Shown here piece by piece: positions 35,787 to 43,137 of a stretch of DNA of 46,921 bases (the first letter of the stretch is position 1; the number at the start of each line of letters is the position of its first letter). The stretch covers positions 1-46,921 of the forward strand of contig JBAXNA010000001.1 in NCBI GenBank assembly GCA_037133995.1, written 5' to 3'. A model generated the notes under the pieces. That model was not told where the DNA came from. It made no database searches and was given only the letters and a program-made list of their open reading frames with translations. The DNA comes from Candidatus Saccharimonadota bacterium (lineage in GTDB: Bacteria; Patescibacteriota; Saccharimonadia; CAILAD01; BJGX01). Both the position numbers and the translations under genes were made by a program.

Positions 35787-36626
35787 ATGAACAAGGTCAA
35801 ATTTTATACTCAAACATCTCACGATATAAATAAGCTAATTGCTACTCGCTACTCAACGTCTTTTTCCTCAGCCATGAGCTTGCTCGACGAGCCAATTCGA
35901 ACTCACCTATATAGTATTTACGGCTACGTAAGAGTTGCAGACGAACTAGTGGATAGCTTGAGACCTAAAAATAGCCAAAAACAGCTCGACGCATTTATTG
36001 CCGAAACAGACCAGGCCTTAATTTCGGGAACTAGTCTAAATCCAGTAATCCATTCTTTTGCAATAACTGCTAAACGCTACAATATCCCAGATGAGCTTAC
36101 CCGAGCATTTTTTGATAGCATGGCAATGGATATTAAAAAAACAAAATACAGTAAGGCCCAGTACCAGAAGTATATATATGGTTCGGCCGAAGTAGTCGGC
36201 TTGATGTGCCTATGTGTTTTTATTGATGGTAAAAAATCTAAGTTTACAAAACTAAAGCCTGGAGCTCGGGCTTTAGGCTCGGCATTTCAGAAGGTTAATT
36301 TTTTACGCGATATAGCCAGTGACAGCCAAGATCTTGGTAGAGTCTATTTTCCTGGTGTAGACATGAAAAAATTCACCCAAGATGAAAAGGCAAAGGTGAT
36401 AGCTGATATTAGGCTGGAACTCGCAGAGGCATCAAAGGTCATCTCTGCATTGCCTCACTCAAGTAGATATGGCGTGATGCTAGCCTGTCAGTATTATAGC
36501 GCTCTGCTTAGTAAGCTCAGCAAGACTCCAGCTAGTCAGCTAGCTAGTAGCAGGGTTCGTATCAACAATGGCCATAAGGCGGCTATCTACTGCCTGGTCG
36601 TTACCCGCAAGCTACTACATATTTGA
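35787..36626 (+). CDS. crtB: phytoene synthase
   Basis: Squalene/phytoene synthase pattern: YGYVRVADELVD, YIYGSAEVVG and LRDIASDSQDLGRVYFP. I prefer the ATG at 35787, 3 nt after the crtE stop, to the track's TTG at 35763. Confidence 0.85.
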   Translation: MNKVKFYTQTSHDINKLIATRYSTSFSSAMSLLDEPIRTHLYSIYGYVRVADELVDSLRPKNSQKQLDAFIAETDQALISGTSLNPVIHSFAITAKRYNIPDELTRAFFDSMAMDIKKTKYSKAQYQKYIYGSAEVVGLMCLCVFIDGKKSKFTKLKPGARALGSAFQKVNFLRDIASDSQDLGRVYFPGVDMKKFTQDEKAKVIADIRLELAEASKVISALPHSSRYGVMLACQYYSALLSKLSKTPASQLASSRVRINNGHKAAIYCLVVTRKLLHI

Positions 36627-36673
36627 TAAAAATCAAGCTATAATAGTTACCAAGACAGTATTTAGCTATATAT

Positions 36674-38077
36674 ATGACAAAACCCTCCCCCCAAAAATAT
36701 GTTAATGTAGACGGCATCTTATACGATGTAAGCTCGGGCCGAGAGCTTGATAAAAATCAAGTACCTGAAGTTTTGGATCTAAGAAATAATAGTAATCTCT
36801 CAAGACAATCAGTCTCATTGGCAACAGCTGGCTCACCCAGAAAATTCACCACTTATCACTCTAGCTCAGCCCCGCAGCAGCCTCAGCATCAGCCTAAATC
36901 ATCCACTAGGCCACATCTAGATAAACCAAGTAAATCTACTCATCAGGCCAAATCGAGTGATAAGCCAAATGATAACGGCCCTAATGACGCAAAAAAGATT
37001 AGCTTTTTTAGTTTTGTTATTGCCCGCGGTATTCTGCCTCGCGGTAGCCTACAGCTTTGGCAGGCCAGCTTATTTAGAACTATAGCAAGTCCTCAGACCT
37101 GGCTACTACTAAGTCTGCCACTAATACTTGTTCAATTTAGGGTTATACAAAATCTCAATCTGAACCAATTTTTGGTTAAAGCCAAAGACACTGTGACACC
37201 AGAAAATTTTCAGGTAGTAACAGTTTCGCTGGGGGTGATTATGGGTCTGTTTTTGTTAGGCGTTATCGTGCGCTCAATAATTACTTCTGCAGGAGTTCAC
37301 GTCAGGCTCAGAGAAATAGATAATCGACCAGCCAAGCTGAGCCTTGGTATTCAATCTGCCATGCATTCACTTTTGCGCCAAATGCTAAACTACATAGTGC
37401 ACTTTGCAATCATTGTCTTGTGGAGCGGGTTATTAATTTGGCTCACCGCTATGGTTTTAACGACCGGCAATAGTTTGGTTTCAACAAACAAATATCAAAT
37501 AGCCGCAGTCGTAGGTTTTGCCTGGTTATTCGTTATGGTACTGCTCTACACCAAGCACTGGCTTCAGATAGGCCTACTCTCTAGAAGCAGCAAGGTGGCT
37601 CGGGTACAGCTACAGAGTATTTCATTATTGTTTTCGTCTCCTCTAAAAAATGCCATGGCAGGCCTAATAGGATTTTCTTTGTCAGCCAGTGTAATATTGC
37701 TAATTCTAGCGATGAGTTGGTTCGTGACAGATTACTTTATTGCCCAGAAAGGCTCACCAGTGATAGCGATTTTAGTAGTTATTGCTATCACTACTGTAGT
37801 TCTGCTAACAAATCTTACCTATGTACAACAAAATCTCTGGGCCAGGCACTACTATTTTGTGGCATCACTTTCTAAAAATCGTAATCAGCTTTTATATATG
37901 GAGCGCGAAAAGCCGGCTTCAAGCTGGCCTCTATATGTAGCAGTCTTACTGGCCAGTGTCTTTGTGGGCAGTTATTTTTTACTGATCAATCTGTACGGCT
38001 CAAGAATTAGAGGTGAGATGGCCAATATTCACTCGATGATACCAGAAGAAATAAAACTAGTCGTTCCACTAAAATAG
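36674..38077 (+). CDS. hypothetical polytopic membrane protein
   Basis: 467 aa. A ~110-aa soluble, low-complexity N-terminus (S/P/Q/K-rich), then about 8 TM helices. No recognisable motif. Confidence 0.5.
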   Translation: MTKPSPQKYVNVDGILYDVSSGRELDKNQVPEVLDLRNNSNLSRQSVSLATAGSPRKFTTYHSSSAPQQPQHQPKSSTRPHLDKPSKSTHQAKSSDKPNDNGPNDAKKISFFSFVIARGILPRGSLQLWQASLFRTIASPQTWLLLSLPLILVQFRVIQNLNLNQFLVKAKDTVTPENFQVVTVSLGVIMGLFLLGVIVRSIITSAGVHVRLREIDNRPAKLSLGIQSAMHSLLRQMLNYIVHFAIIVLWSGLLIWLTAMVLTTGNSLVSTNKYQIAAVVGFAWLFVMVLLYTKHWLQIGLLSRSSKVARVQLQSISLLFSSPLKNAMAGLIGFSLSASVILLILAMSWFVTDYFIAQKGSPVIAILVVIAITTVVLLTNLTYVQQNLWARHYYFVASLSKNRNQLLYMEREKPASSWPLYVAVLLASVFVGSYFLLINLYGSRIRGEMANIHSMIPEEIKLVVPLK

Positions 38078-38084
38078 CAAATAG

Positions 38085-38114
38085 TTGACAAAACCTACCT
38101 AAAAAGGGTAGAAT
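38085..38114 (+). promoter_or_regulatory. sigma-70-type promoter for secE-nusG-rplKA
   Basis: TTGACA (38085-38090), 18-nt spacer, TAGAAT (38109-38114). Confidence 0.5.
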
Positions 38115-38170
38115 TAGAGCCAGTAGCCGCCAAAGGCTTTTTTAGATTACAGAAGTATTTTTATAAAACT

Positions 38171-38359
38171 ATGAACAAACTCACCAACTATTTTAAGGCT
38201 TCATACGCAGAGCTCAAAAAAGTAATCTGGCCATCACGCAAGCTGGCCCTTCAGCTTACGGCCATTGTAGTTGTTAGCGCTTTATTGGTTGGTACATATC
38301 TAACACTTCTAGGCTATGGCTTTCAGACAGCCCTACAAAAACTAATTTTTAAGAATTAA
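38171..38359 (+). CDS. secE: preprotein translocase subunit SecE
   Basis: 62 aa. ELKKVIWPSRK motif followed by a single TM helix. Precedes nusG. Confidence 0.8.
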   Translation: MNKLTNYFKASYAELKKVIWPSRKLALQLTAIVVVSALLVGTYLTLLGYGFQTALQKLIFKN

Positions 38360-38373
38360 ATAAGGAACAAGTA

Positions 38374-38913
38374 ATGAAGCACGAACAAAATGGCAAAAAC
38401 TGGTATGTTATCCACACCTACTCTGGCTACGAAGACCAGGTAGCTGAACAGATCCAGCAAAGAATTGAATCTCTCGAAATGCAAGATAAGATTTTTGATG
38501 TGATTGTTCCAAAAGAAAACCAAATCGAGATCAAGAACGGTCGACGTAAGGTAGTAGAGCGAAAGATTTTCCCTGGATACATTATGGTGCAGATGATAGT
38601 CACTGAAGATAGTTGGTTTATTGTTAGAAATACCCCTAACGTTACAGGATTTGTTGGTACCAGCACTACTCCTTCACCACTTGATGACTCAGAAGTTAAG
38701 TCAATTCAAAAACGTATGGGTGTAGAAGAGCCAAAATACAAGATTGACTTTAGTCTTGGCGAGCTAGTAGGTATTACAGACGGTCCATTCAAAGGCTTCG
38801 ACGGTACTGTTAGTGAAATCGATGACCAAAAGGGTAAAATTAAAGTTCTGGTCAATATGTTTGGTCGCGAGACTCCAGTTGAGCTAGATTCATTGCAGGT
38901 TAAAAAAACGTAA
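38374..38913 (+). CDS. nusG: transcription termination/antitermination factor NusG
   Basis: 179 aa. NGN domain (WYVIHTYSGYE...FPGYIMVQM) and KOW domain (GELVGITDGPFKGFDGTVSEID). Confidence 0.95.
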   Translation: MKHEQNGKNWYVIHTYSGYEDQVAEQIQQRIESLEMQDKIFDVIVPKENQIEIKNGRRKVVERKIFPGYIMVQMIVTEDSWFIVRNTPNVTGFVGTSTTPSPLDDSEVKSIQKRMGVEEPKYKIDFSLGELVGITDGPFKGFDGTVSEIDDQKGKIKVLVNMFGRETPVELDSLQVKKT

Positions 38914-38976
38914 ATTAAACAATTTTAAGTGGGACCCATCTTTTTGGTGGGGCTTGTACCACAAAGGAGAAAAATT

Positions 38977-39405
38977 ATGGCAGCAAAAAAAGTAGTAGCA
39001 AAAGTAAAGATGGTTTTACCTGGCGGCGGAGCAACACCAGCCCCACCAGTTGGTTCATCACTAGGCCAACACGGCGTAAACATGATGGATTTTATCAATC
39101 CTTTCAACGAAAAGACTCAAGATAGAAAAGGTCAGCCAACACCAGTAACAGTACTTATCTATGAAGACAAGAGCATGACTTTTGTTACCAAAGGTACACC
39201 AGCCAAGACCATGATAAAAGAAGCTATTAAGCTTAAAAAAGGTTCTGGAACACCAAACAAAGACAAGGTAGGAAAGCTAACAGATGCTCAGCTAACCCAA
39301 ATTGCCGAAGCCAAGATGTCTGATTTAAACGCCAACGACATTGACGCTGCAAAAAAAGTTATTGCTGGCACAGCTCGTAGTATGGGCGTCGAGATAGAAA
39401 AATAA
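38977..39405 (+). CDS. rplK: 50S ribosomal protein L11
   Basis: MAAKKVVAKVKMVLPGGGATPAPPVGSSLGQHGVN is the canonical L11 N-terminus. AAAGGAG lies 8 nt upstream of this ATG. The track's upstream start at 38929 would add a non-conserved peptide. Confidence 0.95.
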   Translation: MAAKKVVAKVKMVLPGGGATPAPPVGSSLGQHGVNMMDFINPFNEKTQDRKGQPTPVTVLIYEDKSMTFVTKGTPAKTMIKEAIKLKKGSGTPNKDKVGKLTDAQLTQIAEAKMSDLNANDIDAAKKVIAGTARSMGVEIEK

Positions 39406-39471
39406 TAAACTAAGCTAATTTAATAAGTGGGAGACCCTAAGAAAGTCACTATCACCACAAAGGAGTAAAAA

Positions 39472-40443
39472 ATGGCCCAAGCAAAAAAATCAGAAGACAA
39501 ATCAGTAGAAACCAAGCCAAAGGCTGAAAAAATAGCAAAAAAGACTATTGCAGCAGAGGTTACAGAAGAAGTAGTAGTAGAGCCAGTAGTAGAAGCAGCC
39601 AAGGCTACAAAGACAGCTAAGGCCGGTAAAAAAAGTGCCAAAGCACTAGAGGAAGTTGCTGAAAAAGAAGCTAAGCAAGAGCGCAAAGCCAGTAAGCAAG
39701 ATGAAGAAGAGAAACCAAAGCAAGTTCAGAAGCCACGAGTTATCACTTATTCTAAAAATCAAAAAGCCGCTCGTGAGCAAGTAGAAGCTGGTAAGCTATA
39801 CTCTATCACTGAAGCATTGGAGCTTTTACCTAAGCTATCTAAGACTAAATTTGATGCAACTGCAGAAGTACACATTAGCCTAGACATTGACCCTAAACAG
39901 TCAGATCAAAACCTTAGAGCTAGTGCGCCTTTACCAGCTGGTACTGGCAAAACTGTAAAAATAGCTGTAATAACTGGCGAAAAAGATGCAGAGCTAGCTA
40001 AGAAAGCCGGCGCAGATAGCACAAGTGCAGAAAAAATCTTGGCAGACATTGCCAAAGGTAAGCTAGATTTTGATGTCTTGATTGCTAGCCCAGACAAGAT
40101 GGCTGATCTAGGCCGACACGCTAAGGTATTAGGGCCAAAAGGTCTTATGCCATCACCAAAAAGCGGCACTGTCACAAACAACCCGGCCGCTATGGTAGAA
40201 GAAATCAAAAAAGGTAGAGCAGAAATAAAAAATGATGCCCAAGGTATCGTTCATGTAGCTTTTGGTAAGCTTAGTTTTTCTACAAAAGACCTCGAATCAA
40301 ATTTGCGTGTCGTACTAAAGGCAATAAGCGCCAATAAGCCAGCTGGAGTAAAAGGTGTTTATGTTAAGACTGTATATTTAACATCAAGCATGAGCCCAAG
40401 TATTAAACTTGATCCTCTAGAAGCTTTCAAGCCAGCAAAGTAG
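39472..40443 (+). CDS. rplA: 50S ribosomal protein L1 with ~90-aa charged N-terminal extension
   Basis: 323 aa. The L1 core starts near residue 93 (YSITEALELL...DIDPKQSDQNLR...LPAGTGK...FDVLIASPD...LGPKGLMPSPKSGTV). AAAGGAG lies upstream of the ATG at 39472. Confidence 0.9.
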   Translation: MAQAKKSEDKSVETKPKAEKIAKKTIAAEVTEEVVVEPVVEAAKATKTAKAGKKSAKALEEVAEKEAKQERKASKQDEEEKPKQVQKPRVITYSKNQKAAREQVEAGKLYSITEALELLPKLSKTKFDATAEVHISLDIDPKQSDQNLRASAPLPAGTGKTVKIAVITGEKDAELAKKAGADSTSAEKILADIAKGKLDFDVLIASPDKMADLGRHAKVLGPKGLMPSPKSGTVTNNPAAMVEEIKKGRAEIKNDAQGIVHVAFGKLSFSTKDLESNLRVVLKAISANKPAGVKGVYVKTVYLTSSMSPSIKLDPLEAFKPAK

Positions 40444-40465
40444 TGCTTAAATACAATTCCAATCT

Positions 40466-40495
40466 AAGCCAATAGCTATAGCCGCTGGCTTTTTG
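40466..40495 (+). terminator. possible intrinsic terminator after rplA
   Basis: AAGCCA/TGGCTT stem (40466-40471 / 40486-40491) running into TTTTT. The loop is long (14 nt), so this is only moderate. Confidence 0.35.
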
Positions 40496-40606
40496 GATAT
40501 GCTTGGAGTGAGCCAATTACTGTAGTATGCTAGAGTTTTTGAGAGCGGTAAGCGGCAAGTTTTAGCTGGCACCTCTCAAATTGCACCTACAAGATTGGAG
40601 TTCACT

Positions 40607-41281
40607 ATGGAAATTCAAACAGGCGTATTTAGTGACAAAGACATACTCTCGGCAATTAGCACGGGGCTAATTGTTATTGACCCATTTGATATCAAGCTAC
40701 TCAATACTACCAGCTATGACTGCACTCTTGGTGAGTGGTATTATGTTTTTCGTGAACATGGATATCATGTTGACTACAACCCTTACGACCCAGAAGATGT
40801 AGGCAGGTCATTCACGGGTCCCTTTAGGGCAGTAGTGCATAAAGACTGGGCAGACAAATATCGTAACGGCAAACTCTGGAAAAACATTCCAGCCCAAGCC
40901 AGAATAATTGTTTTGCGACCAGGTGAAAACATTATTTGCCATACTGCTGAGTTTATTGGCACTACTACTCGGGGCACAACAATGATGCATGCCAAATCGA
41001 CTGTTGGTCGCAACAATCTGTCGGTTTGTGATGATGCAGGCTGGGGCGATATTGGCTATTTCAATCGCTGGGCCCAAGAAACCCGCAACAAGACCAATAA
41101 GTACATTCCCTTGGTGGTTGGTGAGGCCTATAGTCAGATTATTTTTTTCCATACAGGAGAAACAGATCGCTGCTACGGTAGCGAAGGAACATACCAAGAT
41201 GGTAGTGACCTTGAAGTAATTAAGGCCAGCTGGAAACCAGAAATGCTTTTGCCGGTGATGAAAGTCAAAAGATTTACTTAA
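40607..41281 (+). CDS. dcd: dCTP deaminase / dUTPase-superfamily protein
   Basis: Colinear with Dcd: N-terminus SDKDILSAISTGLIVIDP...YDCTLG, then LRPGENIICHT...GRNNLSV..DAGWGD. I prefer the ATG at 40607 (GGAG 7 nt upstream) to the TTG at 40595. Confidence 0.7.
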   Translation: MEIQTGVFSDKDILSAISTGLIVIDPFDIKLLNTTSYDCTLGEWYYVFREHGYHVDYNPYDPEDVGRSFTGPFRAVVHKDWADKYRNGKLWKNIPAQARIIVLRPGENIICHTAEFIGTTTRGTTMMHAKSTVGRNNLSVCDDAGWGDIGYFNRWAQETRNKTNKYIPLVVGEAYSQIIFFHTGETDRCYGSEGTYQDGSDLEVIKASWKPEMLLPVMKVKRFT

Positions 41282-41302
41282 AAAAAGAAGACAAGAGCAG
41301 AT

Positions 41303-41338
41303 AGCTATAAGCTTAAAAAACTTATAGCTTTTTATTTT
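41303..41338 (+). terminator. intrinsic terminator between dcd and thyX
   Basis: AGCTATAAG/CTTATAGCT 9-bp stem (41303-41311 / 41321-41329) followed by TTTTATTTT. Confidence 0.6.
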
Positions 41339-41415
41339 GCTTATGATTGCTCAAAAAAATATAGCTATGTTAAGCTAGACAAGACCTACTAGTGTACCTA
41401 CAAGAAGGAGGCAGA

Positions 41416-43077
41416 ATGAGTGCCAATCAAAATCCATATGTATCTAGAGACGAAGAAGGTAACTGGCAGATCACGCCAGCCGGACATTCGTACCTAGCCC
41501 ATAAAGTCACCAGCTCAGAAGAGCAGGTCTACGCTTTTACCAAAGAAGCCGACCCGGTTGAAATAGCCGCAGCAATGGCAAGGCTTAGTAGGCGCGAAGG
41601 ATCTCTACTGAGCTGTATTCTAGACGAGTTTGCCATCAAAGACGAAGGCGCAGACGACTTGCTAGACAGAGTGATAACTAGCTATGGTGATGACTCAGTC
41701 GCTAATCTATATAGTTTCTATATAGTCAATGAGTCAATCAGTAACCTGGCTACAAAGCAGGTAGAATGGGGTCGACTGGCGTCGTACCTAGAGCAGTCCA
41801 CTCGCTACATCTTCTATACCCAGAAGCAGGCTAATGGTAGGTATAAGTACTACCTGCCTAAGAATTTGCCAGCCGAACTGCTAGCTAAATATATAGAGAT
41901 CAATGACAAGATATTTGATTTGTACTCTAAGACAGTAGAAACTGTCACTGAGTATGTGCGCAGCCAAAATCCTAGACCACAAAAAGATCAAGATCGGGCA
42001 GGCTGGTTGGCCTGGAACGGAGCAACACGAGCTCAGGCTTGTGATGTGGCTAGGGCAATACTGCCAGCATCAACGCTATCAACTGTTGGCATACATGCTT
42101 CAGCGCTTAGTGTTGATAACATGGTCAAGCACCTCTGGGCCCAGCCCTTGGGCGAGCTCAATGAGCTAGGAACAAAAATCCTAAGTGCTTCAAGACAAGT
42201 GGCGCCAGTTTTTATGCGCCGCACAGACCTTGAAGACCGAGGCCTTGCTGACGTTGCATACCGCCGCGACAACAGACAAAAAGTTAAGCAAGTTGTTTCA
42301 GAGCTTAACAGTCTGTACTTGCTTCATAATAAGCCTCATGATGTAGAGGTAAAGATAGTCGACTTCTGGCCATTACGAGAAGAAGATTTTCTGGCTAGAC
42401 TGTTGTTTGCAGAATCAAGTCTGTCCCTAGATCAGCTTCGGGTAAATCTAGAGGTAGTAAAGCTCAACATGCAGCCAAAAGATTTTGAAAAATACATCGC
42501 CAATTGTATCTCGCAATATTGTGGTGAAAGGCTAAATCGCAGACACAAGCCCGGCAGAGCCCTTGAAAAGCCAAGACTAGAAATAGAGATTGTTGGAGAT
42601 TATGGAACATTTCGAGATCTCCAGCGACACCGTATGGTCGATGGGTTTGAGTGGCAAAGGCTTAGCCCAGATTTGGGCTTCGATGTGCCTGGCCTCATTA
42701 TAGAGGCTGGCTGTGAAGATGATTTTCGTGAGGCATTTAGACTTTCAAAAATGCTCTACAGAGAATTTCAGCATGCTGGGTACCCAGAAGAGTCACAGTA
42801 TGCAATCTGTATGGGCTATAGAATGCGTTATAGCTTTATTGCCAATGTACGAGAGCTTTTTCATCTTCTAGAGCTACGCACCAGCCCCCAGGGGCACCCC
42901 GGCTACCGATATATCTGCAACGAAATATATAGCCAGCTAAAAAATATCTGGCCAAATGTTGCTGCCGCCATGATCTATGTCAACAAGACCGATGATCTAG
43001 GTGAGCTGACAAGAATGGCATCTGAGCGAAATACAATTGAAAAATTAAATAAGCTTGGAATAGCCCAAGACCAGTAA
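41416..43077 (+). CDS. thyX: FAD-dependent thymidylate synthase ThyX, double-length form
   Basis: 553 aa from the ATG at 41416 (GAAGGAGG upstream). The ThyX signature DLQRHRMVDGFEWQRLS (RHR...S) lies in the C-terminal half. The N-terminal half is ThyX-like but lacks RHR. Confidence 0.8.
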   Translation: MSANQNPYVSRDEEGNWQITPAGHSYLAHKVTSSEEQVYAFTKEADPVEIAAAMARLSRREGSLLSCILDEFAIKDEGADDLLDRVITSYGDDSVANLYSFYIVNESISNLATKQVEWGRLASYLEQSTRYIFYTQKQANGRYKYYLPKNLPAELLAKYIEINDKIFDLYSKTVETVTEYVRSQNPRPQKDQDRAGWLAWNGATRAQACDVARAILPASTLSTVGIHASALSVDNMVKHLWAQPLGELNELGTKILSASRQVAPVFMRRTDLEDRGLADVAYRRDNRQKVKQVVSELNSLYLLHNKPHDVEVKIVDFWPLREEDFLARLLFAESSLSLDQLRVNLEVVKLNMQPKDFEKYIANCISQYCGERLNRRHKPGRALEKPRLEIEIVGDYGTFRDLQRHRMVDGFEWQRLSPDLGFDVPGLIIEAGCEDDFREAFRLSKMLYREFQHAGYPEESQYAICMGYRMRYSFIANVRELFHLLELRTSPQGHPGYRYICNEIYSQLKNIWPNVAAAMIYVNKTDDLGELTRMASERNTIEKLNKLGIAQDQ

Positions 43078-43082
43078 TCATA

Positions 43083-43116
43083 GGGCTCTAGAAATTATAT
43101 TTCTGGAGCCCTTTTT
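43083..43116 (+). terminator. intrinsic terminator after thyX
   Basis: 12-bp stem GGGCTCTAGAAA/TTTCTGGAGCCC (one G-U pair) with a 5-nt loop, then TTTTT. Confidence 0.8.
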
Positions 43117-43137
43117 AATTTCTGATATAATATAGCT

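Noticed and set aside
30502-36626. The carotenoid cluster considered as a recently acquired genomic island or mobile element.
   Set aside because: There is no integrase, transposase, tRNA, flanking direct repeat or visible compositional break. The promoters have the same leaderless TATAAT style as core genes. Any horizontal origin must be old.
38929-38976. Upstream start for rplK (MGPIFLVGLVPQRRKI...) as listed in the ORF track.
   Set aside because: The canonical L11 N-terminus MAAKKV begins at 38977, with AAAGGAG 8 nt upstream. The extra 16 codons overlap that SD and the leader motif.
40538-40580. The hairpin upstream of dcd-thyX-glyA considered as a folate (THF) riboswitch.
   Set aside because: The leader is far too short (about 50-70 nt) and I do not recognise THF-riboswitch conserved features. 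I keep it only as an unexplained hairpin.
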